From: a virus
Lineage: Duplodnaviria > Caudoviricetes
Virus record (IMG/VR): IMGVR_UViG_3300021373_003097
Location: 1 to 58,056 of that record
Strand: one strand, 5' to 3'
Length of the DNA stretch: 58,056 nt
This document shows positions 48,170-57,207 of this stretch, one piece after another; positions within the stretch are counted from its first letter, which is position 1, and each line of letters starts with the position of its first letter. The translations under genes were made by a program, and so were the position numbers. The notes under the pieces are model-generated. The model saw only the letters and a program-made list of their open reading frames with translations. It made no database searches and was not told the origin of the DNA.

Positions 48170-49912
48170 ATGGCTTTATTTTCGCCTTCCGAGTCTCCTG
48201 CAGTAACTGTCAAAGAAGTTGATCTTACCGGCTTTGCTCCGAACGTACAGACAACTACTGGCGCATTTGTTGGTAACTTTCGCTGGGGACCAGTCGACAC
48301 CCCGACATTAGTTAGCGATGAAGCTAATTTGACTGAAAAGTTTGCTGCACCAGACACAAACACAACAGAAGATTTTCACACCGCTACCTCTTTCTTAACG
48401 TACTCTAATAGTATGTACAATATTAGAGTGGTAGATGGTAGTGCTAGAAACTCCTTTGATTCTTCAGGTGGGGCATCGACTGCACCTACAGTAAATAACA
48501 ACGAAGATCTGGAGAATCAACTCTCTACTCTTTCTACGGCAGGTCATACTTTCATCGGCATGTTTCCTGGAGCATTAGGTAACTCTCTTAAAGTAGAGAT
48601 GTGTCCTGCTGACTCAACTAGTGGTACTCTTTTCTCTACATGGAACCACGCAGGTGAGTTTGACACTAAGCCAGGGACATCTGATTTTGCTTCTAATCTT
48701 GGAGCTTTTAATGACGAGGTTCATGTAGTAGTTGTAGACGAAGACGGCGTACTTACAGGTACAGCCGGAAACGTTTTGGAAAGATACCCATACGTTTCTT
48801 TGGCGGCCAACGCTAAGAATACAGATGGATCTACAAACTATGTTTTAGACGTCATCAACAATAATTCCAGATACGTAGCAGCAGTAGGCTTTGATTCGGA
48901 TTACGATTCGACAGGAGCCGGTGATGATGCTATCAGTGGAAAAAATTACAGAGCTGATGGAAGCACTTTAGGTAGATTCAGCGCTAGTCTCACTGGAGGC
49001 GTAGATGCCAGCAGCATTACGACTTCTAACATTACATCTGGATACGATCTTGTTCAAGATCAAGACACTTTCCAGGTAGACTTCCTTATCGCTAATAACT
49101 TCAGCGCAGCAGGAGATAACGAGACAATTGCAGAGCATTGTATCGCAATCTCTGAAGCTCGTAAAGACTGTATCACTGTAGTATCTCCTAACAAGGCTGC
49201 AGTAGTCAACAACTCCGGATCTGAAAACACAAGTGTCAAGACTTTTGCAGACACTCTGACCAGATCTTCATATGCCTTTATGGATAACCAACACCTTAAA
49301 GTGTTTGATAAGTATAACGATAAGTACATCTTTGTCCCTGCTTGTGGAGCAACTGCTGGTGTCATGGCAAGATCTGATAAAGACACTGCGCCTTGGTACT
49401 CTCCAGCTGGCCTCAACAGAGGTACCTACTTCAACGTTGTTGGGTTGGCATACAATCCATCTAAGGCTGAAAGAGATGAGCTGTACAAGTCTGGAGTCAA
49501 CTCCATCACTAACTTGCCTGGACAGGGTGTAACTCTGTTCGGTGATAAGACTATGCTTGGACGTCCGTCTGCGTTTGATCGTATCAACGTTCGTAGGCTT
49601 TTTATCACTCTCGAAAGAGCAATTGGTAGAGCTGCACAAAGCGTGCTGTTCGAGCTTAACGATGAATTCACTAGAGCTGAGTTTGTCAATATCGTTGAGC
49701 CTGTTCTCAGAGACGTTAAAGGCAGAAGAGGTATCACTGACTTCAGAGTAGTTTGTGACGAGACAAACAACACTGGAGCCGTGATTGATAGAAATGAGTT
49801 AGTAGCTTCTATCTTTGTCAAGCCTTCTCGTTCGATTAACTACATCACTCTGAACTTTGTAGCTACTCGTACAGGAGTTGACTTCCAAGAAGTAGTTGGT
49901 CAGGCATTTTAA
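48170..49912 (+). CDS. gp18: tail sheath protein gp18
   Basis: SPAVTVKEVDLT, FRWGPV, PWYSPAG, LFGDKT...AFDRINVRRLF and INYITLNFVA. Confidence 0.97.
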   Translation: MALFSPSESPAVTVKEVDLTGFAPNVQTTTGAFVGNFRWGPVDTPTLVSDEANLTEKFAAPDTNTTEDFHTATSFLTYSNSMYNIRVVDGSARNSFDSSGGASTAPTVNNNEDLENQLSTLSTAGHTFIGMFPGALGNSLKVEMCPADSTSGTLFSTWNHAGEFDTKPGTSDFASNLGAFNDEVHVVVVDEDGVLTGTAGNVLERYPYVSLAANAKNTDGSTNYVLDVINNNSRYVAAVGFDSDYDSTGAGDDAISGKNYRADGSTLGRFSASLTGGVDASSITTSNITSGYDLVQDQDTFQVDFLIANNFSAAGDNETIAEHCIAISEARKDCITVVSPNKAAVVNNSGSENTSVKTFADTLTRSSYAFMDNQHLKVFDKYNDKYIFVPACGATAGVMARSDKDTAPWYSPAGLNRGTYFNVVGLAYNPSKAERDELYKSGVNSITNLPGQGVTLFGDKTMLGRPSAFDRINVRRLFITLERAIGRAAQSVLFELNDEFTRAEFVNIVEPVLRDVKGRRGITDFRVVCDETNNTGAVIDRNELVASIFVKPSRSINYITLNFVATRTGVDFQEVVGQAF

Positions 49913-49925
49913 AGGAGATTAAAAG

Positions 49926-50453
49926 ATGGCTATTTTAGGAGTCGATGACTTCAAGGCAAAGCTGAAAGGTGGAGGTGCTAGACCTAATCTATTTAGAGCT
50001 ACAATTAACTTTCCAGCATATGCCCAAGGTGATGTAGAAGTCACCTCTTTCATGTGTCGTGCAGCGCAGCTTCCTGCTTCTGTTATGACTGAAATCATTG
50101 TACCATTCCGTGGTCGTGAGTTAAAGATTGCTGGTGACCGTACGTTTGAAACGTGGACACCGACTATCATTAACGACACTGACTTCAACGTTCGTAACGC
50201 TATGGAGCGCTGGATGAATGGTATCAATGCTCACTCTGCAAACACTGGTCTGGTTAATCCTACGGATTATCAAGCAGACTTGATCGTAGAGCAGTTGGAT
50301 AAAGATGAAACTATCCTGAAGACATACAACTTCCGGGGTTGCTTCCCAACTAGTATCTCTCCAATCGAGCTGTCTTACGATCAGGCGGCTGTCATTGAAG
50401 AGTTTACTGTAGACTTCCAAGTTCAGTACTGGGAATCTAACACGACCGACTAA
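49926..50453 (+). CDS. gp19: tail tube protein gp19
   Basis: GGARPNLF, AQLPAS, FRGRELKIAGDRTF..W, and IEEFTVDFQVQYW. Confidence 0.96.
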   Translation: MAILGVDDFKAKLKGGGARPNLFRATINFPAYAQGDVEVTSFMCRAAQLPASVMTEIIVPFRGRELKIAGDRTFETWTPTIINDTDFNVRNAMERWMNGINAHSANTGLVNPTDYQADLIVEQLDKDETILKTYNFRGCFPTSISPIELSYDQAAVIEEFTVDFQVQYWESNTTD

Positions 50454-50459
50454 AGTCGG

Positions 50460-50467
50460 AATAAATA
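50460..50467 (+). promoter_or_regulatory. late promoter variant
   Basis: AATAAATA between gp19 and gp20. Confidence 0.55.
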
Positions 50468-50469
50468 AA

Positions 50470-50508
50470 GTAGGGGAGAGAATAGGCTTTCCCCTACTCT
50501 TATATTTG
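50470..50508 (+). terminator. probable intrinsic terminator after gp19
   Basis: Stem GTAGGGGAGAG / CTTTCCCCTAC, loop AATAGG, then TCTTATATTT. Confidence 0.65.
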
Positions 50509-50518
50509 GAGATTAATT

Positions 50519-52060
50519 TTGGCAGACGATAGTTTAAAACTCTTTGGCTTGGAGATTAAGAGAGCCAGAAGAGAGAAAGAAAAAGAGCAGCTTCCATCTA
50601 TTGTTCCGCCCTTAGATGATGATGGCGCAGGTTATATCACTGCTGCCGGCAGTCACTATGGATCTTATGTAGATCTTAGTGGTGACCAAGCTAAGGATGA
50701 TAAGGATCTAATCAAGAAGTATAGGATGATTGCCCTACATCCTGAAGTGGACGCTGCTATAGAAGACATTGTCAATGAAGTTATTTCGGGTGAAGATGAC
50801 CTGATAGAACTAAACATGGACAATGTAAAAGTTACTGATTCTATTAAGAAGCAGATTAAAGAAGAATTCGATAATGTTGCAGCGATGCTGGATTTTCAGA
50901 ACTATGCGCATGACATTTTCCGTAGATACTACGTAGATGGAAGAATCTACCATCATTTGGTTATAGATCCAAAGAGGCCTCAGGAAGGCATTCAAGAGAT
51001 CCGACCGATTGACGCACTTAAGATCCGTAAGGTAAAAGAGGTAAAGAAGGAAAAAGATCCTGTTACCGGTGCAAACATTGTCAAGACTATTAATGAGTAC
51101 TTTATCTACTCAGAAGACAAGTCGGCAGGTATGAATAACTACACTAGTGGCACAAAGAATCATAACGCAGTAAAGATCTCTCCTGATGCTATTAGCTATG
51201 TGACCAGCGGACTTCTAGATGCCGGCCGTAGAAAAGTAATTTCTTATCTCCATAAAGCTTTGAAGCCTGTTAATCAGCTCCGTATGATGGAAGATGCACT
51301 GGTTATCTACAGATTGGCTAGAGCGCCTGAGCGCCGTATCTTTTACATCGATGTAGGTAACTTACCTAGAGGTAAGGCAGAACAGTATCTTAAAGATATC
51401 ATGTCTAGATACCGCAATAAGCTTGTGTATGACGCAAACACTGGTGATCTGAAGAATGATTCTAAGCATATGTCTATGCTTGAAGACTTTTGGCTTCCAC
51501 GCCGTGAAGGTGGAAGAGGCACTGAGATCAGCACGTTGCCCGGCGGTGAGAACCTAGGCCAGATTGAGGATATCCTCTATTTCCAGAAGAAGCTTTACAA
51601 GGCACTTAACGTACCTACAAGTAGATTGACGCCAGAAGATCAGCCATCTGGTATCTTAGGACGTAGCTCTGAGATTACAAGAGACGAGTATAAGTTTCAA
51701 AAGTTTATCAACAGGTTGCGGCGCAGATTCTCCGATCTGTTCTATAATGTTTTAAAGAAGCAATTAGTTCTTAAAGGAATCATTACAGAGGAAGACTGGG
51801 ATGAGTGGAAAGGTGATCTGTACGTAGATTACATTACCGATAACTACTTCTCTGAACTTAAAGAGACCGAAATGCTGAGAGAGCGTGTTGGTATGCTTCA
51901 GCAGATTGAACCATACTTAGGTACTTTCTACTCTAAGGAATGGGCTCAAAAAAATGTATTAATGCTGACTGATGACGATATCAAAACTATGCGAAATCAA
52001 ATTGATCAAGAAAAGAAAGACGGTGAAATTCCGGATCAAGATGAAGAGCCAGATATTTGA
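50519..52060 (+). CDS. gp20: portal protein gp20 (TTG start)
   Basis: HPEVDAAIEDIVNE, YRLARAPERRIFYIDVGNLP and EDFWLPRREGGRGTEI. Confidence 0.97.
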   Translation: MADDSLKLFGLEIKRARREKEKEQLPSIVPPLDDDGAGYITAAGSHYGSYVDLSGDQAKDDKDLIKKYRMIALHPEVDAAIEDIVNEVISGEDDLIELNMDNVKVTDSIKKQIKEEFDNVAAMLDFQNYAHDIFRRYYVDGRIYHHLVIDPKRPQEGIQEIRPIDALKIRKVKEVKKEKDPVTGANIVKTINEYFIYSEDKSAGMNNYTSGTKNHNAVKISPDAISYVTSGLLDAGRRKVISYLHKALKPVNQLRMMEDALVIYRLARAPERRIFYIDVGNLPRGKAEQYLKDIMSRYRNKLVYDANTGDLKNDSKHMSMLEDFWLPRREGGRGTEISTLPGGENLGQIEDILYFQKKLYKALNVPTSRLTPEDQPSGILGRSSEITRDEYKFQKFINRLRRRFSDLFYNVLKKQLVLKGIITEEDWDEWKGDLYVDYITDNYFSELKETEMLRERVGMLQQIEPYLGTFYSKEWAQKNVLMLTDDDIKTMRNQIDQEKKDGEIPDQDEEPDI

Positions 52061-52076
52061 TTAAAAACAAAATTAT

Positions 52077-52084
52077 TATAAATA
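52077..52084 (+). promoter_or_regulatory. T4-type late promoter
   Basis: Exact TATAAATA. Confidence 0.85.
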
Positions 52085-52114
52085 AAATCACGTGCAATTA
52101 TAAGGACTTTTTCA

Positions 52115-52357
52115 ATGGTTGAGAATATTGATAATTTTTTAGACAATGTAGCAAACAAGAACTTTGTAGAGGCAGAGAAGCAATTCTCTGACATGATCAG
52201 CACACGATTAGCGGATCGCCTTGAATCGCATAAGGCTATGATCGCTAACCAGGTATACAATGGCGTTGATCCTGAAGAAGACGTAGAGCTTGAAGATGAA
52301 GACGAAATTGAAGTAGAAACCGAAGAAGAAACAGAAGTCGAAGATGAAGACGTTTAA
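52115..52357 (+). CDS. prohead core protein, gp67-like
   Basis: Small protein with an acidic tail, positioned after gp20. Confidence 0.7.
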   Translation: MVENIDNFLDNVANKNFVEAEKQFSDMISTRLADRLESHKAMIANQVYNGVDPEEDVELEDEDEIEVETEEETEVEDEDV

Positions 52358-52559
52358 AGAGTTTGCCAAAAACATCTCTCCTAAGGGTCACAAGATCATT
52401 AAGGTCTTGAACCTGAAAGGCGGAGAGACTATGGTAACTAAAGACAAACAGGGTAAGTTCAACGTAATGTTTGACAACCAGGTGGTCGATACTCTGCGTA
52501 CTGAAAAAGAAGCAATGAGAGCTGCCAAGCAATTCGGCAGCATGATGGGTAAAAGGTAG
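52344..52559 (+). CDS. prohead core protein, gp68-like
   Basis: MKTFKEF start typical of head-internal proteins; positioned before gp21. Confidence 0.55.
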   Translation: MKTFKEFAKNISPKGHKIIKVLNLKGGETMVTKDKQGKFNVMFDNQVVDTLRTEKEAMRAAKQFGSMMGKR

Positions 52560-52565
52560 ATTCAA

Positions 52566-53216
52566 ATGAAACTGATCACAGAACATACAGAACAGGTTTC
52601 TTATATCGTCGAAGCTAAAGAAGGCGGCGGTAAGAATTACATTATTGAAGGTATCTTTGCCCAGGCGGAACAGAAGAACCGCAATGGAAGAATTTATCCA
52701 AAAGCAATTTTGGAATCAGCAGTTTCTAAGTATGATAAGGAACAGGTGAAAACCCAGCGTGCAGTAGGTGAGCTGAATCACCCTGCAGGTCCTATCATTA
52801 ACTTAGATAAAGTTTCCCATCGCATTACCGAACTGAATTGGGACGGTAATAACGTGATGGGGAAAGCACTTATTCTTGACACCCCTAATGGTAAGATTGT
52901 GAAAGGTCTCTTAGACGGTGGAGTTAAGCTAGGTGTTTCAACTCGTGGTATGGGAACTCTTGAGCAAAAAGGTGGAGTGAACATGGTCGGTAAAGACTTT
53001 GTTCTTAACACTGTAGATATCGTACAAGATCCATCTGCACCGTCAGCTTTCGTTAATGGGATTATGGAAGGTGTAGAGTGGGTATGGAACAACGGTGTCT
53101 TAGAGCCTCAGGAAATTGAGCAAATTGAGACTGAAATTAAGAATGCTTCTAGATCTGATCGCTCTGCGGTTGAGATGCGGGAGTTTAAGAATTTCCTCTC
53201 TAGATTAAATTTTTAA
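52566..53216 (+). CDS. gp21: prohead protease gp21
   Basis: NRNGRIYP, GELNHP, LGVSTRGMG and DIVQDPSAP. Confidence 0.97.
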   Translation: MKLITEHTEQVSYIVEAKEGGGKNYIIEGIFAQAEQKNRNGRIYPKAILESAVSKYDKEQVKTQRAVGELNHPAGPIINLDKVSHRITELNWDGNNVMGKALILDTPNGKIVKGLLDGGVKLGVSTRGMGTLEQKGGVNMVGKDFVLNTVDIVQDPSAPSAFVNGIMEGVEWVWNNGVLEPQEIEQIETEIKNASRSDRSAVEMREFKNFLSRLNF

Positions 53217-53222
53217 CAGGAG

Positions 53223-54380
53223 ATGAATATGTCCGATAAAGAACTTTATGAAGACATCGAATCTGTTGAAGAAATGGTCGTGGATCCAGATCCTGAAGAG
53301 GAAGAAGCTCACGACGAATCTGAAGCAGAAGCAGATGCTGATGAAGTGTCTGAAGCAAGAGCTGCTGCACCTGAAGTAGATGGTGCAAAGGCTGCAGCTG
53401 ACGATGCGGCTAAGATCAAAGCATCCGCTCCATCGAAAGCTAAGGTACCAGGCGGAGAGGCACAAAAGGGTGACCAAGTTGCCGATAAGATTCCTGGCAC
53501 TAAAGCTGGTATGATCAATGCAATGTATCAAGAAATGAACAAGATGAAGAAGTCTAACCTTTCTGCTTCTTACGGAAAAATCATGTCTGCTATGAAGGCA
53601 GAAGGTTTTGAAGTAGAAGAGGAAGAAGCTGCTCCAGCTCTCCATGAGAAAGCTGATGCAGTACAAGTCGACTTCACTGCAGACATGGACGCTTTGGTTG
53701 AATCCGAAGCTACTCTGTCTGAAGCGTTCAAAGACAAGGCAGCTGTTATCTTTGAAGCAGCTATCAAGTCTAAAGTTTCTGATGAAGTTGCACGTATTGA
53801 ATCCGAACTTCAAGAAGAATTTGCTGAAGAAGTACAAACTGCACGTGAAGAGATGATCGAGCAGGTTGACGGATACATGAACTACGTTGTAGAAAAGTTC
53901 ATGGAAGAGAACAAGCTGGCAATCGAAAACGGTATTCGTACCGAGATCGCTGAAGAATTCATGGGCAAGCTGAAGGACCTCTTTACTGAGTCCTACATCG
54001 AAGTTCCAGAGTCCAAGGTTGATCTGGTTGACGAGCTCTCTGAGCAGGTCACTGATCTTGAAGCAAGACTCAATGAAGCCACTGAAACTGCCATTGAGCA
54101 AACTCAGTTCATGGAAGAACTCATGCGCGATGCTATCATCCGTGAGCACTCCCGCGATCTGGCTGAAACTCAGGTAGAGAAGTTGAAGACCCTGGCTGAA
54201 GAGCTGGATTTTGAAGACCCCGAAACTTTCGCTTCGAAGGTTGAGACGGTCAAGGAATCTTACTTCACCAAGAAGAAAGTAACTGTAGCTGGAGAACAGA
54301 TCGATGAGTCTGCTGAAGAGCAGGAAGTCACTGGTACTATGGCTATGTACGTTAACGCACTTAAAAGAACTAACCAATAA
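53223..54380 (+). CDS. gp22: prohead scaffold protein gp22
   Basis: Acidic coiled-coil; LSEAFKDKAAVIFEAAI and ENKLAIENGIRTEIAE.F...LK.LF.E.YIEVPE. Confidence 0.93.
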   Translation: MNMSDKELYEDIESVEEMVVDPDPEEEEAHDESEAEADADEVSEARAAAPEVDGAKAAADDAAKIKASAPSKAKVPGGEAQKGDQVADKIPGTKAGMINAMYQEMNKMKKSNLSASYGKIMSAMKAEGFEVEEEEAAPALHEKADAVQVDFTADMDALVESEATLSEAFKDKAAVIFEAAIKSKVSDEVARIESELQEEFAEEVQTAREEMIEQVDGYMNYVVEKFMEENKLAIENGIRTEIAEEFMGKLKDLFTESYIEVPESKVDLVDELSEQVTDLEARLNEATETAIEQTQFMEELMRDAIIREHSRDLAETQVEKLKTLAEELDFEDPETFASKVETVKESYFTKKKVTVAGEQIDESAEEQEVTGTMAMYVNALKRTNQ

Positions 54381-54401
54381 TAAAAGGAAGGTGTTTCAAT
54401 T

Positions 54402-55748
54402 ATGACTCCTACAATTTCTTACGATAATCTCGTACAGAAGTGGGCACCAGTACTGAATGAAGAGACTGCTGGTTCTATTTCTGACCCATACCGCAAAAAA
54501 GTAACTGCGGCTATTCTCGAAAACCAAGAGCGTGCAATGCGCGAAGAAGCTGCTTGGGGTTCCTTTGGTACCCTGAACGAGGACGCTCCTACCAACGCAA
54601 TGGGCGCTTCTAGCTCTACTGCTGCAGACGGTCGTATCGATACTTTCGATCCAGTACTGATCTCCCTGGTACGTCGTGCTATGCCTAACCTGATGGCTTA
54701 CGACATCTGTGGTGTACAGCCAATGACCGGTCCTACTGGCCTCATCTTCGCGATGAAGTCCACCTACACCGATCAAGATCCTGCAAACGAAGCTCTGTTT
54801 AGTGAAGCTAACACTGCGTTTTCCGGTGATGACACCTTCTCGCAGCCTAGCTCTACTTCCGGTGCTGACTCTGCAGCTGGTCGTGATACTGCTCTTGCTG
54901 GTAACGGTATGACCAGAGCAGCCGGTGAAGCTCTCGGCGACTCCGCTACTAACCAGTTCGCTGAGATGGCATTCACCATCGAGCAGCAGACTGTAACTGC
55001 TAAGACTCGTGCCCTGAAGGCTGAGTACACCATGGAACTGGCTCAGGACCTGAAGGCAATCCATGGTCTCGATGCAGAGACAGAGCTGGCTAACATCCTG
55101 TCTGCAGAGATTCTGGCCGAAATCAACCGTGAAGTTGTTCGTTCCATCAACTCCCAAGCTAAGCTGGGCGCTGGTACGGCTAACACGGCTGTTAACGGTA
55201 TCTTTGACCTGGATACAGACGCTGACGGTCGTTGGTCGGTTGAGAAGTTCAAGGGCCTGATCGTGCAGATCGAGCGTGAAGCAAACCAGATCGCAAAAGA
55301 CACCCGTCGCGGTAAGGGTAACTTCATCGTATGTTCGTCCGACGTAGCTTCCGCTCTGGCAGCTTCCGGTATGCTGGACTACACTCCTGCAATGTCGACC
55401 AACCTCAACGTTGACGACACAGGCAACACCTTCGCTGGTGTACTGAACGGCCGTATGCGTGTCTACATTGACCCATACTCCACAGACGACTACATCAACG
55501 TCGGCTACAAGGGTACCAACCCATACGACGCTGGTCTCTTCTACTGCCCATACGTTCCACTGACAATGGTTCGCGCCGTTGGTGAGAACACCTTCCAGCC
55601 AAAGATTGGCTTTAAGACTCGTTACGGCATGACTGCTAACCCATTCGTTCTGGGTGCACAGGCTGCTTCGACTGGTCTGCCAGCTGGTGGTAACAACCAG
55701 TACTACAGAATCTTCCGCGTTGATAACATCCTCGTTGAAACTGCGTAA
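54402..55748 (+). CDS. gp23: major capsid protein gp23
   Basis: KWAPVL, GVQPMTGPTGLIFAM, RALKAEYTMELAQDLKAIHGLDAE and FQPKIGFKTRYG. Confidence 0.99.
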   Translation: MTPTISYDNLVQKWAPVLNEETAGSISDPYRKKVTAAILENQERAMREEAAWGSFGTLNEDAPTNAMGASSSTAADGRIDTFDPVLISLVRRAMPNLMAYDICGVQPMTGPTGLIFAMKSTYTDQDPANEALFSEANTAFSGDDTFSQPSSTSGADSAAGRDTALAGNGMTRAAGEALGDSATNQFAEMAFTIEQQTVTAKTRALKAEYTMELAQDLKAIHGLDAETELANILSAEILAEINREVVRSINSQAKLGAGTANTAVNGIFDLDTDADGRWSVEKFKGLIVQIEREANQIAKDTRRGKGNFIVCSSDVASALAASGMLDYTPAMSTNLNVDDTGNTFAGVLNGRMRVYIDPYSTDDYINVGYKGTNPYDAGLFYCPYVPLTMVRAVGENTFQPKIGFKTRYGMTANPFVLGAQAASTGLPAGGNNQYYRIFRVDNILVETA

Positions 55749-55773
55749 GCTGTAGATAACTATAAAAATATAG

Positions 55774-55781
55774 TATAAATA
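55774..55781 (+). promoter_or_regulatory. T4-type late promoter
   Basis: Exact TATAAATA before gp3. Confidence 0.85.
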
Positions 55782-55783
55782 CT

Positions 55784-55816
55784 AGGGTGGATCGAAAGGT
55801 CCACCCTTTCTTTTTA
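55784..55816 (+). terminator. intrinsic terminator after gp23
   Basis: AGGGTGGATC-GAAA-GGTCCACCCT followed by TTCTTTTTT. Confidence 0.92.
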
Positions 55817-55829
55817 TGCGGAGCTAGAC

Positions 55830-56315
55830 ATGTCACTAACTGCAAACAAGAACTACTTGCAACCTACTGGATTTAAAGTTGTCATCAATAGAGTCAACTA
55901 TCCAAACTTAAACTTCTTTGCGCAAAGTATCAGTCACCCTGATGTATCTTTAGGTGGCCCGACCTTACCATATAAAAGAATTGGAAACGTCAACTTTCCG
56001 GGAGACGCTCTAGAATACTCAGAGCTTAACATTCAGTTTATTTTAGATGAAGACATTGAGTCTTACACTGAGCTTTATAACTGGATGGTAGACATGGTTA
56101 ACAAGGACTTCAAGCCTCAGACAGACACAGATCCAACTCAGATGGACATCTCAGTATCTATCCTGACTAGTCATAACAATCAGAATAAGACTGTGACCTA
56201 CAAAGGCTGCAACCCAACAAGCATTAGCGGTCTTGAATTAACTTCAGTAGCATCTACAGTTGAGTACCTGACATTTAATGCATCATTCTCATTTACAGGG
56301 TTCCAATTTACTTAA
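55830..56315 (+). CDS. gp3: tail tube terminator gp3
   Basis: NYLQPTGFK, FFAQS, PGDALEYSEL...F.LDED...Y.E.YNW and PTSISGL. Confidence 0.9.
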   Translation: MSLTANKNYLQPTGFKVVINRVNYPNLNFFAQSISHPDVSLGGPTLPYKRIGNVNFPGDALEYSELNIQFILDEDIESYTELYNWMVDMVNKDFKPQTDTDPTQMDISVSILTSHNNQNKTVTYKGCNPTSISGLELTSVASTVEYLTFNASFSFTGFQFT

Positions 56316-56335
56316 AAGTGTGGTATAATACACTT
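56316..56335 (+). promoter_or_regulatory. sigma70-type extended -10 promoter for uvsY
   Basis: TGTGGTATAAT (TGn-TATAAT) flanked by the inverted repeat AAGTGT/ACACTT; no good -35 element. Confidence 0.6.
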
Positions 56336-56360
56336 AGTTAAAACTCAATTTGGATTTATT

Positions 56361-56810
56361 ATGAAACTTGATTTGGAAAGCATCCTAGAGATGTGGAAAG
56401 AAGACTGCGTCATTGAAGAAATGAACTTGGATGAAGAGTCTCGTAAAACACCATCCTTACATGCCAAGTATCTAGAGATTCATTCTCTCACAAAACTTAG
56501 ATTAAAGAAAGCTGAGCTTGATCAGAAGATTCTGCTCAAAGACAAATGGCTGTACTATAATGGTAAGATGGATGGCGAGGCTATTCAAGAAAAAGGGTGG
56601 AGCTTTGATCCTTTCAATGGCCTTAAAGTCTTGAAGGGAGACATGGATCATTACTACGATTCTGATACGGATATCCAGCAGTCAGAAGAAAAGATCGCTT
56701 ATTACAAGACGATCCTAGAGACTTTAAAAGAGATTATAGATAACCTCAGATGGCGCCATCAGACTATTAAGAACATGATTGAGTGGCGAAGGTTTGAATC
56801 CGGAGGATAA
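56361..56810 (+). CDS. uvsY: recombination mediator UvsY
   Basis: LDEESRKTPSLHAKYL, KWLYYNGK and IKNMIEWRRF; gp3-uvsY-uvsW synteny. Confidence 0.92.
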   Translation: MKLDLESILEMWKEDCVIEEMNLDEESRKTPSLHAKYLEIHSLTKLRLKKAELDQKILLKDKWLYYNGKMDGEAIQEKGWSFDPFNGLKVLKGDMDHYYDSDTDIQQSEEKIAYYKTILETLKEIIDNLRWRHQTIKNMIEWRRFESGG

Positions 56811-56811
56811 T

Positions 56812-57207
56812 ATGGCTTTATTTGTAGATGAAGAGTTTACTTCCCACGCTGGATTGCGATTGGGATGGAAGATCGAAATGGATGCTCTAGATGAAGATGA
56901 CTGGAGATGTCTAGCTAAAATGATCTTAGAGTATGAAACTAGACCATTTCGTGAAGCAGTAGGTATACCGCGAGGAGGTAAGCTTCTAGGTGATATTCTA
57001 AACGAATCATCTACTGGTAATCCTGATGATCCGGTTTTAATTGTTGATGATGTCTATACTACAGGCACGAGCTTTAGAGAATTTATTTCAGAAAATTACT
57101 TAGTGACGCCGGTCATCTGTTGGGCAGTTTTTGCTCGCGATGTTGTGTCTTCTAATGTTAATGTCTTATTTCAGATGCCATCTAGTATGAGACCTAAGCT
57201 TAAGTAA
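56812..57207 (+). CDS. small type I phosphoribosyltransferase (orotate PRT-like)
   Basis: FTSHAG...WKIE.DAL, GIPRGG and the PRPP-binding loop LIVDDVYTTGTS; GGAGG RBS before ATG 56812. Confidence 0.8.
   Translation: MALFVDEEFTSHAGLRLGWKIEMDALDEDDWRCLAKMILEYETRPFREAVGIPRGGKLLGDILNESSTGNPDDPVLIVDDVYTTGTSFREFISENYLVTPVICWAVFARDVVSSNVNVLFQMPSSMRPKLK

Noticed and set aside
50446-50459. Small hairpin CCGAC-TAAA-GTCGG over the gp19 stop as a readthrough signal
   Set aside because: Only 5 bp, and an in-frame TAA follows within a few codons, so there is no meaningful extension.
53205-54377. 390-aa minus-strand ORF opposite gp22
   Set aside because: Antisense shadow of a codon-biased, Glu-rich gene; the F/L/S-rich product has no motifs or expression signals.
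54396-55327. Minus-strand ORFs opposite gp23
   Set aside because: Fully overlap an unambiguous capsid gene; explained by its codon bias.
56779-56811. Listed upstream start for the PRT gene
   Set aside because: Lies inside uvsY; ATG 56812 has a GGAGG RBS.
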